This document shows, one piece after another, positions 1-11,403 of a stretch of 64,000 nt of DNA; the stretch's first letter is position 1, and each line of letters starts with the position of its first letter. The position numbers and the translations under genes were made by a program. This DNA is from Histomonas meleagridis 2922-C6/04-290x (lineage: Eukaryota > Protista > Parabasalia). The stretch lies in the NCBI GenBank assembly GCA_020184695.1, contig JAANOX010000068.1, forward strand, positions 172,027 through 236,026. Reading direction: 5' to 3'. The notes under the pieces were generated by a model, which was not told the DNA's origin, did no database searches, and saw nothing but the letters and a program-made list of their open reading frames with translations.

Positions 1-3000
1 AATAAATAATCACAAAAATAATTTATAATATTTTCTTTCCCAATTATATCAAAAAATTTAATTATTTTCTTATCAAATTTTATTAAATCAATGAAATCAT
101 CGACTTTTTTCTTATAAAATTTTGTTTGTAATGAATTAAAATCAAAATAAAATGTGATGAATTTTAGATAAGAAATCATAAATGATGAAAAATATGAATA
201 GTTTTCTTTATTTTTTAATATGAATTTTAATAATTCGATTTCTAAATCATAAAATGATACAAAACGAATAATAATATCAAAAGAAGTAATTGTTGTGAAT
301 TTATTTGTTAATAAATCATTAAACGAAAACTCTAAATTTAAAATTTTTATAGTAACATTATCATCATTTTTAATGATTTTTGTTTGATATATATTAGGAT
401 CATATATATTATAAAAAGAATGTATTAAAATTGATTTTAATACATTATCACAATTATTAATTTTAACAAAATAAGATCCGAAAACATAAACAAAATTATT
501 TCTTAATAATGAATCAATATTATTTTGTATTATATCATTAAATTTATCTTTAAATGTAATTAAAACCAATTCATATACATTTAAAGTAAACATAATATAT
601 TTCTTTTTTACTAATTTTATTTGTTTTGATATCGAATTTAATGAATTTAATAAACACATAACAATTTCCTCATTTTGATTTTTACAATAATAACATAAAT
701 TCTCATTTAAAAACTCATATATTAATAATGAATTATGATTTGTAGGGATACCTTCAATATTAAAAAGTTTTTGGATATAATTCGAAACAGATATATTTAA
801 CTTTAATTCATTCTCATATAAATTCTTTTGTAACTCTTTAACAAATATAAACCCTAAATCTAATTCACGATTTATATTATTTTCATCAATTATTACCGCC
901 AAAAAATTAATAATATTTAATAACTTATTAAGAGTAATATCTTTAGAATCTAAAATCGAATATAATTTCTTTAAACAAACTGGAATACAAACTTTTGGAA
1001 TAGTATTAAACAATGGAATTAATTCATTAAATCCTTTGAAATCAATTAATTGAAGGATTTCGAGTATAACTTTTTCCGGGTTAAAATATTTTAAAAAGAT
1101 TGAAATGAAAGAAGAATTAATTTTAATGTTATTTAATAATAATGAATAAGGAATTTTTATTATATTATTCATTAATTTAAATGTCGGATTATTAATATTA
1201 CATTTAGTTAATAATTTCGTTAAAGAATTTTCAGTTTTTATTGTTTTTATTCCAATAATTTGATATAATATAATTATATCATTTATCATATTATAATTAA
1301 ATGAAAAATCATTAATTTTATGTATCGAAATAATAAAATATATCCAATGAATAAATATATTAAATATACATAATAATTGTTCAAGTATAGTTATCTCACC
1401 TTTAACACATAAATTTAATAACATATCTCTATAACTTGCTAAAATAGAATTAACAACATTTTCATATTCATCTTTATCATATATATTAATTATTCTCCAT
1501 TGATCGAAAGGCAAAAACAAATTTTGTAAAAACAAAAACAAAATTGCTGGCGTTTGAGTTGAATTATTATTAATAAATGAAATAATCATTAACATTATCT
1601 TTTTAATATTAGTAATATCATTAAAATCATTAATTAATACTTGGAAACTTAATGGCGTTTCTAATTCGAATTCTTGGAATTCTACACTCGACATTTTAAT
1701 ATGATTTTCTAAACTTAATTCATACCAAAATAATATAACTGTTGACTCGAAAATTAAATACTTTTCATCTGTTTTAAATAATGTATTATTTTGTAATGAG
1801 TTATATATAATTTCAATTAATCGCGATCCAATAAAATTCGGAATTTGTGATATTTTAAGTTTTATTGGATATCCTTCAAATAATATTCGACAAGCTTCAC
1901 AAAACATTACAATTCCATCCGATTCATTTGAATATGAATAATTATTTAATAGTTTCCAATCATTATGATTCACAAATGAATCAATAATAATAAATGAAGC
2001 TTGAACATTCTTATAAACAATGTTCATTTCATTCTTAAATTGTTCCCATGATTTCGTTAATATGGAATCAATATATTTGGGAAACTTGTCGCCCATCATA
2101 ATTTTGGCAGTACTAAATTCAATAAGTGAAAAATATATTGAACGATAATTCTTTTTATTAGGAATTAAAAGACCTTTAACAGCCTTTTTGATCTTACTTT
2201 CGGAAATACAAAAAAAGACAAATGGTATTAAAAAGGATAACAATGGATATATTTCAATATTTAACTTATCAAAATTATTAATGTAATCTAAAACAAGTGG
2301 AAATGGTTTGTCAAATTGATGATTATTAAGAATGTCTTGATGAACATATGGATGATTAGATGAAAAACGACGAAAAATTAAATAAAGATGTATATGGAAA
2401 TCTTCCCGGATCTTGGTCATGAAATGTAAAATGGTTCGAAGGGATTTGAGAAATGTTAGAAAAGATTCTTTCTCATTGATGATATAGAAAAGAATATGAA
2501 TAAAAAAGGAACTTGAACGAGAATATATTGATAATTGACTTTGAATAAATTCAGTAAAAATACTTACAATGTTACAGCCACAATCAACACACTTGGAAAT
2601 AAGTTGCCCAAATGGATTTATAATGGATGGATATTTTTGATATATCGAAATGAGTGTTGGATGTGTCAAAATTTGATACAATGGATAACTGACATTCATG
2701 CCGTTAGGCTTGTTTGGAACATTTTTTAAAATTAAACAGAGAATATTTAAACATTGCTTATCAAAATTTGTGATTTCTTTTCCTTCAAGTTCATTCAATT
2801 GAGTTGCAACTAAAAAAAGTAGATGTATAAATGTTTTCTCTGGAGATACTAAACTACATTTAGAAAGCTCTTCTAAATATGATTTTCCTGGAATGTCAAT
2901 CCAAATATTTGTTACAAACCATTGATAATTAGTGCTTTTTGGATAACGATCAATGGCATTTTTAAAGTCATCAATTATTTCTTTATAAACTTTTCCAGCA

Positions 3001-3032
3001 ACAAATGTTTCAGGTATCAAGAGTAAGTGTTG
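1..3032 (-). CDS. Large hypothetical protein, >=1010 codons, runs off the left edge (absent from the supplied ORF track)
   Basis: Hand translation of the minus strand shows one stop-free frame from 3032 (after a TAG at 3033-3035) to position 1. The first in-frame ATG is at 2699. An upstream ATG at 3141 would be joined in frame by a possible 34-nt GT..AG intron (3033-3066). No family motif was recognised. Confidence 0.8.
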
Positions 3033-3152
3033 CTATAAAGTATTCAATCAAATTCATTAAAAGAACTGCCAAAACGATCATATTGATCTCATTTTGACAT
3101 TCGATACAACCTCTTCGATTGTTTTGTTTGATTGAGCTCATAGAATTTATGA

Positions 3153-4553
3153 ATGCTTTACATATGTGATGTAATTTGGGGTGCTTCACTTACCAAAGCA
3201 CCAATGCAATGGAAAATAGAAATTCGGCTTTCGAAGCTAGAAAACTTAAAACAAACTCAAAAATGCGAATTGTCGTGCTGTGTATTTAATGAACTTGGGG
3301 AATTAGGCCATACAAATTATATGAATCAAAGAAATTTTGATGAGACAATCAAAATTTATTTGCCATTCTTATGTAAACTTCAATTCGCCCTTATTTCAAA
3401 AGCGCCAGATTGTAATTTGGTTTCCAAAACATCATTTGATTTGCAATCAATCAAAGATTTGAATACAAATTTATCAACTACTCTTAAATTTGAAGATAAG
3501 TTTACGTTAGCGATTTCTATTATTGAATTATCGCTTAGTGAGACAAATGCAGTTGCTAATTTTGAAAATGAAATTCCATTATATTTATCAATTTCAGTCT
3601 TATCTAGTAGCAAAGCATCAACATCAATTACTCACATCTCTAAAAGAAATTTCATTTCTGAAGTATCTTTTATTGATTCTAATTTTTTGAAAAATGCCAC
3701 ATTTTCAGAATATCGATATCAAAACTTACACATATCAACCATCTTAATTGATCTACGTAAAGTTATTTTGTCATGGCCAACTCTCATTATTGGCATTTTC
3801 ACAAATTCAAATCTTTTTAAATTTTTGATCCAATCAGAAAAAGGATTAATCAAGTCCGAAAAACTTAACATGCAAGAAGGACATACATTTTTCATACCCA
3901 CTATTCTACATCTTCATGAGTCAAATTCGATTCATCTTCATGAAATTAAAAAATCTTTCACAGGCATTACAAAGGCAAACATTTATAAAGCAGTTCAGAA
4001 AATCCTCACAGGCACAGGTTTAAATTCACAAATTATTCCTAATCGATTATCATTTTTTTCAAATCCTGATCTTTTCACTGATGACTTTTTTATGGAATAT
4101 CCTGGCACAAGGACTCTTAATGTTTATCTTGATTATGTAAATACCAATGAAGGATTAGATCTAGTTCATGTTCTTACAAATGCAGATAATAGAAAACACA
4201 TATGCTACCTCAACCAAAAGCAACTCAAGGGAATTACCCTTAATTTACCCCAAAGTCCAAAAGATAAAACATTTGCGTCGATTCAATTCGAAGAATTAAC
4301 CCCAAATGCAAAAACCATAACTATAGTCATAATGTCGCTTTCTAAGCCAATTTCTTCTTTCGGTCACGTTGAGGTTTACGTAAAAGATGAGTTTAAGCGC
4401 GAAGTATTTAGGTTCCCGGTGGACTTCGATGATCAATGTAAAGCATACAAAATCGGTGAATTTCAAAGAAAAAGTGAGTCTGTCTGGATGTTTAATTTTT
4501 TAGGCATTCATACAAATTATGAAACTTACTTTGACTTAAATTATGATAAGTAA
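3153..4553 (+). CDS. Hypothetical protein with a probable C-terminal TerD-like domain
   Basis: 466-codon ORF. The C-terminus (..FGHVEVYVKD..EVFRF..AYKIGEFQR..WMFNFLG) follows the TerD/CABP pattern by eye. The true start may be a later Met (3204 or 3321). Confidence 0.6.
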   Translation: MLYICDVIWGASLTKAPMQWKIEIRLSKLENLKQTQKCELSCCVFNELGELGHTNYMNQRNFDETIKIYLPFLCKLQFALISKAPDCNLVSKTSFDLQSIKDLNTNLSTTLKFEDKFTLAISIIELSLSETNAVANFENEIPLYLSISVLSSSKASTSITHISKRNFISEVSFIDSNFLKNATFSEYRYQNLHISTILIDLRKVILSWPTLIIGIFTNSNLFKFLIQSEKGLIKSEKLNMQEGHTFFIPTILHLHESNSIHLHEIKKSFTGITKANIYKAVQKILTGTGLNSQIIPNRLSFFSNPDLFTDDFFMEYPGTRTLNVYLDYVNTNEGLDLVHVLTNADNRKHICYLNQKQLKGITLNLPQSPKDKTFASIQFEELTPNAKTITIVIMSLSKPISSFGHVEVYVKDEFKREVFRFPVDFDDQCKAYKIGEFQRKSESVWMFNFLGIHTNYETYFDLNYDK

Positions 4554-4787
4554 GAAAGAGGTCATTATGTTTTCTAATAAATTAACAATATGTTTTGTTT
4601 GGAAATTCTTTTCAAAATTGTTTTCCTATGTGGGTGTGCATCACACCTCAAGGGCAAAAAAACGGTTTATTTGCCATTTTTGCCCATAATTTTCAATTCT
4701 CAGAAAACTTTTTGATAATAATTTTGTGTAACAACTTTCTCAATCTCATATAAAAAATTATATGGACAAATTTAAATTGAGTTTTAA

Positions 4788-5710
4788 TTAAATTTTTACT
4801 GTAATTGCATCTCCAGCCTCAACCATTTGGATAGAAGTATAACGCTGATAGCATGAAGAAATCCATCTTCCTTGGGCTTTAATTTTGCAATCAGCAATTC
4901 CAGCCAATGATGCTTCATGAGCGGCCCCTTTACGAAAAGAATGTGTTGCATAACTCTCTGGATTCACTCCAATTTTTTTTTATGCAATTTAAACTTTCTC
5001 CTAACTGTTCTATCACATAATGTAAAGACATTCGATTCTTCATTTATATAACTTAATACTTTCCATTTTGGTAACCATAGAAAAGGGGAATATATTGTGT
5101 TTGAACGACAAATGTACACATTGACTCTCCTCCCTGTTTGATCTGTTTTAAAATAAGGAATGAGTAATACCAAACGTCCGTCCTGATCATATGTTATTTC
5201 TTTCCACATTAATCTGCACGCCTCAGAAATTCGTCAAAAGCCATAAAAGCACAAACTTTCTATTGTCATAAGTTCTATTTCATTTTTTACATTTTGATTA
5301 GTACTTTTTGCAAGTCTTATCATAAGTCGTATTGTGACATACTTTTTCGCATTTGGAGATGTATCCCCCTTCATTATTCTTTTCAAGCCAAGCATGTACG
5401 ACTTAAAATTATTTGTTTTCGTAAAATCATCTAAGTTATTTTTTCTTAAATAAGATACAACAGCTGAGACGAATGATTTAAGGTAGGAATAGGTCGTTTG
5501 CGGGTGTTGACTTCTATAGAATTCCAAAAAAGCACGTAATTTATTCTCAGTAATAAGATATGATTCGGGTGCATTAGGAATTTGATTCATTGTATTGTCA
5601 TATGAACGCAACAAAGAATTATATGTTCTTTGTGTGTTTTCAGCAATCCTTTGTTGTTCAACAGATACAGTAGCTTGAACTAAACTATTAAAATCCATGT
5701 GGTAGCTCAT
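4788..5710 (-). pseudogene. Tyrosine recombinase (DIRS/Crypton-type YR), disrupted
   Basis: ORFs 5234-5710 and 4964-5209 join through an in-frame TGA (YGF*RISE, catalytic Arg box), followed by FKTDQ. After one A-run frameshift the frame reads YATHSFRKGAA (HxxR), QGRW and CYQRY (catalytic Tyr), ending at a TAA at 4788-4790. Confidence 0.85.
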
Positions 5711-5950
5711 GGACCACTGGTTACTTGAAAAAGTTGTTACACAAAATTATTATCAAAAAGTTTTCTGATAATTCAATTATACCTACAGCTTCGCTCAAAA
5801 AGTGTCCGTATAATTTTAATATATGATAATCGTCAATAATTGTCTCCTTTTTTTGATGTCACCTTCCCCTTCACCCTTTTTGGGATCTCAAAATTGTCCA
5901 TCAGATTTTTCTTGAGCCTCTGCACAGTTAATATATAGCTTAATTTATGC

Positions 5951-5954
<4 letters not shown>

Positions 5955-6009
<55 letters not shown>
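5955..6009. repeat. (AT)27 microsatellite
   Basis: Perfect dinucleotide run, seen directly. Confidence 0.97.
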
Positions 6010-6010
<1 letters not shown>

Positions 6011-6134
6011 TCAAAAAAAGTATAGATTGTGTCAGTATTTGAAGTGTCGCCTCCTATGTGAAGAACGGCCATTGTTATGCGGTTTTTTGCGGTTTTATAT
6101 TGAGAATAAATTTCAGTTTTGGCGCCAAATTCTA

Positions 6135-6704
6135 ATGAACCATAGCACAAGCAAAGAACAGCTTCAACAACAAGAAAATGATCTGATTGCCCAATCCTCT
6201 AACAATATTACATTCGATCCACCACAGATCCCAGGGTATTTTCAAGCTCTTTTTCAAAATCAAAGTTCTGATAAACAAACCTATTATACACATGGGTCAT
6301 GGTCTCAACAAGAAGACGAACTTCTTAAATCAGCCATAGCTCAAGTTGGCACAAAAAAATGGAGCAATGTTGCAAAATTTATTCCAACAAGAACTTCCAA
6401 ACAATGCAGAGAAAGATGGTCCAACAGGCTCGACCCTGCACTGAAGCATAGCCCTTATGAACCATGGGAAGATCAGATTATTATTGAAAAACAAAAAGAA
6501 TTTGGGAATCGTTGGACAATAATTGCTGAGCTACTCCCGGGAAGGTCTCCAGGCTCTGTCAAAAATAGGTGGTATTCTGGACTGAAAGTATCTCGTTCTT
6601 CTTATAGGATTTCACAAAACCCGCAAGATGGAATTGTCATAGATTCTTTAACAATGCTTCCGCATGATCAAGGCAATAGCGTACAAAACAATCCAGAACT
6701 TTAA
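6135..6704 (+). CDS. R2R3 Myb-like DNA-binding protein
   Basis: GSWSQQEDELL..KKWSNVAKFIPTRTSKQCRERW and PWEDQII..FGNRWTIIAELLPGRS..VKNRW. The first ATG is at 6135 (the track starts at TTG 6027). Confidence 0.92.
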   Translation: MNHSTSKEQLQQQENDLIAQSSNNITFDPPQIPGYFQALFQNQSSDKQTYYTHGSWSQQEDELLKSAIAQVGTKKWSNVAKFIPTRTSKQCRERWSNRLDPALKHSPYEPWEDQIIIEKQKEFGNRWTIIAELLPGRSPGSVKNRWYSGLKVSRSSYRISQNPQDGIVIDSLTMLPHDQGNSVQNNPEL

Positions 6705-6956
6705 AAAAAGCATTTTCCTTATAAGGAAAAGATGTAATAAAATTGTTGGTTTCTTTTGGAAAGGCCGAAGATCTTGACTTGGAATTCTTATCGTTCATTA
6801 TCGCTTGAATAATTCCCAGAAAATGTAATTCAATAAATATCGTTCTCTACCGAAAAACTTCTATCGTCACATTGAAAATTCTTGAATAAACGGCTAACGT
6901 TTGTGTGAATTCAATTGATTAAACGGTTATATTTCAAATATCGCCATTTTGAAAAG

Positions 6957-7739
6957 ATGAAGCAAGACAAACTCGAAGTGACCTTTATTGATGATAGAAA
7001 CAACCCGAATCATCGTCCCCATCATGTATTTCATTGCACCTGCAACGTGTGTGAAGGTACTTGCATTGCTAAAGAAAATTCTCATCACGAAGGAGAAAAA
7101 TTACAATTTTACCATGACTCCTCATTGCACTCTATACTACCTAAATTTTTCGGGATATATCCCTCAACAAAACAATCTTATATGATAATTGAAGACATGG
7201 ATAATGGATTTATCTCACCTTGTCATTGTGATATTAAGCTTGGTACTCGTCAATGGGACATTACAGCATCCGAAAAGTTTCGTGTGAAATTAATTCGCAA
7301 GAATGCGGAATCCATCTCTCACATTCTTGGTATTCGTCTTGTTTCAATGCGAATCCAAAGAAACAGAAAAATAATTGTCGACACAACAAAATCACAAAAC
7401 TGTTACCTTACCAAAGAACAATTTATTCAGCAACTTCATGATTTTATTCCAAATCAAATTCTTCCAAGTACAATAAAAAGACTTAAACGAATAAACAAAA
7501 TTTATTCTGCATACATAAAAGAGAACCCGGGCTTCAGACTGTATGCAAGCTCATTGTTTATGTCATACGACGCAGATGATTTGTTAAAGGAGCCGAGATT
7601 AGTTCTGATCGACTTTGCACATTCACATTCGGATATAAGAAAAGAGGGATATAAAATAAGCGATACATCACTTGATGATGGAGTAGAGTTTGGGTTAAAG
7701 AATCTCCTCCACATCATCAAAACTTTTTTGGATTATTGA
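6957..7739 (+). CDS. Inositol polyphosphate kinase (IPK/IPMK family)
   Basis: PCHCDIKLGTRQW (PxxxDxKxG), SSLF and LVLIDFAH motifs. First ATG at 6957. Confidence 0.88.
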   Translation: MKQDKLEVTFIDDRNNPNHRPHHVFHCTCNVCEGTCIAKENSHHEGEKLQFYHDSSLHSILPKFFGIYPSTKQSYMIIEDMDNGFISPCHCDIKLGTRQWDITASEKFRVKLIRKNAESISHILGIRLVSMRIQRNRKIIVDTTKSQNCYLTKEQFIQQLHDFIPNQILPSTIKRLKRINKIYSAYIKENPGFRLYASSLFMSYDADDLLKEPRLVLIDFAHSHSDIRKEGYKISDTSLDDGVEFGLKNLLHIIKTFLDY

Positions 7740-8546
7740 AATCCATTGGATGTACGATAGAGAATTCAATGGTTAATTTATCGTTTCGCTTCTGTAATAA
7801 TTTATGGCGAATATTGTAAATACAAAACAAAAAGAAAAGATAATATATTTAATTTTCATTATTGATGATATCATTCATTTTTGTTTATTAAAAATTTGTC
7901 CCTTAATTTTTTTTAAAATAGAACTATAAAAGAAATTATAAATTTAATATAAGTTGTAAATTGAGAAAAAGAACAAATGAAATTCCTTTTTACAAATATT
8001 CGCAAAAATGCTTTGTTTGTTCAAAAAATCAAGAGGACGGTAACCAGATCATTCTCTGCACGATTTTCTTTATACTTAAAATTTAGAATTAACTGATGAA
8101 AAAAATGATCTTTTTTACTTCTACAAAAAGAATTTTGGTCATTTTAAAGATATTCGTGATCATTTTTTCATTTCATTATGAACAGTGCGAAAAAACTGAA
8201 AAGGAAATGGTAATTTTGATGGATCACCTCTACGATAGGAAGGAAGTTCGGCCAGTTAATGCATTTGCACAAATTCGAATAGTTCACTAGAAATCGAACA
8301 TAGTTCATCACAAATATCTCAAAAAATGATTATTTTTGAGATTCTTTACAATTTTGAAAAATATTGCTATAAAACCTCTCATTTGTAAAAGAAATTTGAG
8401 TGATTATTCCAATTTTTCACCGAATAATACACATTAATACAATTATTATATTTGCATAATTTGTTTTCGTATGAATTTTAACTTGGACTTTCATTATCAA
8501 AACCAAATATTCGAAAAGTGGTCTTATATCTGATAAATCGAAAATG

Positions 8547-8876
8547 ATAATTTGATATTTTTAAAATTCATTTAAATCATTTCAAATTTCAATGTATTTT
8601 TTGGGAATTGTTATTATAATTTCATACACCTCTTATCTATGCAATTGAAAATGGGAATGCAGATGTTGTAAGATTGCTTCTTGATTCAGGAAAAGTTAAC
8701 ATAAATTCTATAAATGTTTATTTATTATTTGCAAAATCTATTTATATAATTTAATGTTAAAAAATGATTTTCGGAATCTACTTAAAATTTATAAAACCCA
8801 ACTTGTGATAGCATCTGAAAAAAATAAATATGATATTATCCGATTAATAACAGATCAAATTGATATAATGTTCTAG
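8547..8876 (+). other. Divergent ankyrin cassettes separated by ~80-nt spacers
   Basis: 8626-8715 encodes TPLIYAIENGNADVVRLLLDSGKVNINSIN (30 aa). An 80-nt spacer (8716-8795) follows, then TQLVIASEKNKYDIIRLIT..stop. A similar ~79-nt spacer precedes 8626. Confidence 0.7.
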
Positions 8877-9924
8877 TATTCAAAATATACCAAACAACAA
8901 TAATAATGGTTAATTTAGGTAAAATAAAAATTATTTTAGTCGAATCATTACATTTATAAAGGGATAAGAAAAAACTGAAAACCCTTTTGAATATATAATA
9001 AAATATTTCACCAAATGTTTGAGTAAATTTATAAAAAGAAAATAATTTAAAATGATGCAATTTAATTATTCTTGTTAAATACATTTAACAGCTCTATGTT
9101 AATTTATTCTTATATATATATATATATATATATTCTATTGAATCGACCTATAAAAGGTATAGATTTCCTTAATTTTACCACCAGTTTTTATTTCGTAGGT
9201 ATCATCCACCTTCAAAAGCACATTTTTCTCATTTTATACTATTTGTAGTGTTTTATTCTTCTTAGATGTTAGGTATTGAATATTTTTTCCATACAAAGCA
9301 CTGACAACTTATAATAATACTTTTATTTCGACTCTATCAGGACATGCTCGGATCGATTTTTCTTCTAATTTCTAATTGTTTCAAGAAATTATAATATCCA
9401 AAAATAGTGATATTTTTTATAGCATATGTTAGTTTATAAGGTATTTCTGTTTTATTTTCGAAAAAAATCAATATATTTTAATCGTATCCACATAAAGTAT
9501 TGAAATAAAAACACTTTTTCAAGATGATTTTTAACGGTCCACTCGGTTGTCTGATTGAAATTCAAATTTTCAGAAGTAAATATTTACTTTCAAAATTTTG
9601 AATGCATTCATAAATTTGACAATACACAATGGAGAAATCCTATCTTTCCCCTATTTAGAACAACAAAATTTTGAGTCTATACCAACTATTATAATGTAGT
9701 GGCTTTTATAAGCTCTTATTTTCTTGAATATTACCTTATGTTACATACTGAAATTTCATTGATTGATATTCTTATTTAGTAATTCTCCTTCCAGTGTCTT
9801 TACATTAGCTGTTTGAAATTTGTTATTTGGCATGAATTTCATTCTCTGTATTGTGAAGATAAGGGATCAATGTTTCTCAATTTCCATTAAGACAAAAGTG
9901 ACGTTTAAAAATTTTCATCACAAA

Positions 9925-10740
9925 ATGGGCTGCAATTGTAGTTATATCGAAATGGGTTATGATGACTTCGATATTATGGAATCTCTCCCTGATGGCTTCA
10001 ACGAAGAAGATATCGAGAATGTTCGAAATAGAGGAAATGAATATGTCAACATGTCGGTTTTATATTCTATTGGTATTGAATGCCAAACATTAGCAACCCG
10101 TGAATTTCCTCATTCAATGAAAAAATCATGCTTTTTATGTATCAATACTATCAATCCAATTTCAAAAGAAGAAAAAATCAACTCCATAAATGATTCTATT
10201 GCCATAGCGCAATCTTTTCGTAAGCTTGGTTATAATGTTTATTTTGTCATTAACCCAGTATCAACTGTTTTTTTCTCATGTTTTAGAATTTTTCTCTCAC
10301 AAACGACAAACAGTGTTGTACTTGGATTTTTTGGGTACACTAGGGACGTCATTTCAGAAAACAAAAACTCTAATTTACTTTTCTTCAATAATGAATTAAT
10401 TCCATGTTCAAGAATAAATGACTTTATCAATGCTTACAAAGTTCCTACGTCAAGGCTCCTTTGTATGTTCGATTGTAGTCATATTAAAGATACAAATGAC
10501 CTTCCATCGAAATCAATATTTATTTCAGATAATCTTCCTCCAAATACAACAATGATTTCAATCGAAGTCAACGAAGGAGACCCAAAGTCTCAAAGTACAG
10601 AAATCAATTCACAGGGATATCTATCATTTTCTCTATGTCGTATCTTTTCAACAAATACAAGCATTACAATGGACGAAATCGAGAACTCTGTTAATGAAGA
10701 GGTTCAACGATTTGGGTTTCATGTTGTAAGGTATGGATAG
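9925..10740 (+). CDS. Metacaspase-like (clan CD/C14) protein, probably catalytically dead
   Basis: CFLCINT..NDSIAIAQSFRKLGYNVYFVINP..FLSQT pattern. FFGYT and FDCSH occupy the places expected for the His (GHG) and Cys (DCCH) motifs. Start MGCNC follows an Inr-like TTTCATCA. Confidence 0.62.
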   Translation: MGCNCSYIEMGYDDFDIMESLPDGFNEEDIENVRNRGNEYVNMSVLYSIGIECQTLATREFPHSMKKSCFLCINTINPISKEEKINSINDSIAIAQSFRKLGYNVYFVINPVSTVFFSCFRIFLSQTTNSVVLGFFGYTRDVISENKNSNLLFFNNELIPCSRINDFINAYKVPTSRLLCMFDCSHIKDTNDLPSKSIFISDNLPPNTTMISIEVNEGDPKSQSTEINSQGYLSFSLCRIFSTNTSITMDEIENSVNEEVQRFGFHVVRYG

Positions 10741-11100
10741 GCTATTCATGTAATATATATTTTTAAAAATATTATCATAAATTTTTTCTTGCTCTATTTT
10801 CTATAGAATATTTGCCTTTGCACATATGAAAATTTTGATTATCAGAAAGATTTTAACGAGATCAAGTAAATTTTTTTCTAATTAGGGTCAATATTTCATT
10901 ATAAACTCATATAATATACATGAAATTCAACGAATTTTATTCCAAATATTCATATGCAACTTGGAGCGTGTGGGCGAATTTGACTTGTTTTAACTCATCG
11001 CTCAAAAGTGCTTTTGAATTGTTTATTTTTATAAATTGAATGCTTTTCCATTTCTGCCCACTTGAGGGCATTTTTTCATTTCACAACTAGAATTTGTTTT

Positions 11101-11373
11101 ATGGAAGAATTTGAGATTACTGTACTTGGAACACCTTATGTATGGAAACCAATTATCGAATATTTAGAAAAAAAGAACCCAAACAAAGAAATAAATGAAC
11201 ACGAAGAAGGTGATATTTTTTATTGTATAACGAAATGTTTACTGAACTTTCACAAACAAAACAGTAATTCGAAATTATTTACTACAAAAATATTTATTCA
11301 TATTAGTGACTTCTTGAATATTCTTTGCATTTCCATTTGTGACGTAATGAACATATATGCCGATTCCAAATAA
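11101..11373 (+). CDS. Short hypothetical ORF
   Basis: 90-codon ORF from ATG 11101; no motif recognised. Confidence 0.3.
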   Translation: MEEFEITVLGTPYVWKPIIEYLEKKNPNKEINEHEEGDIFYCITKCLLNFHKQNSNSKLFTTKIFIHISDFLNILCISICDVMNIYADSK

Positions 11374-11403
11374 CTTTTATTTCTACCTCGAAACGCAATT
11401 GAC

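Noticed and set aside
4630-5915. Terminal inverted repeats for the YR element (e.g. ATGGACAAATTT at ~4762 and AAAATTGTCCAT at ~5890)
   Set aside because: The matches are short and imperfect with no TSD, so the boundaries cannot be supported.
5833-6150. 105-aa minus-strand ORF with YIYIYI run
   Set aside because: It is a translation of the (AT)n microsatellite and overlaps the Myb 5-prime region.
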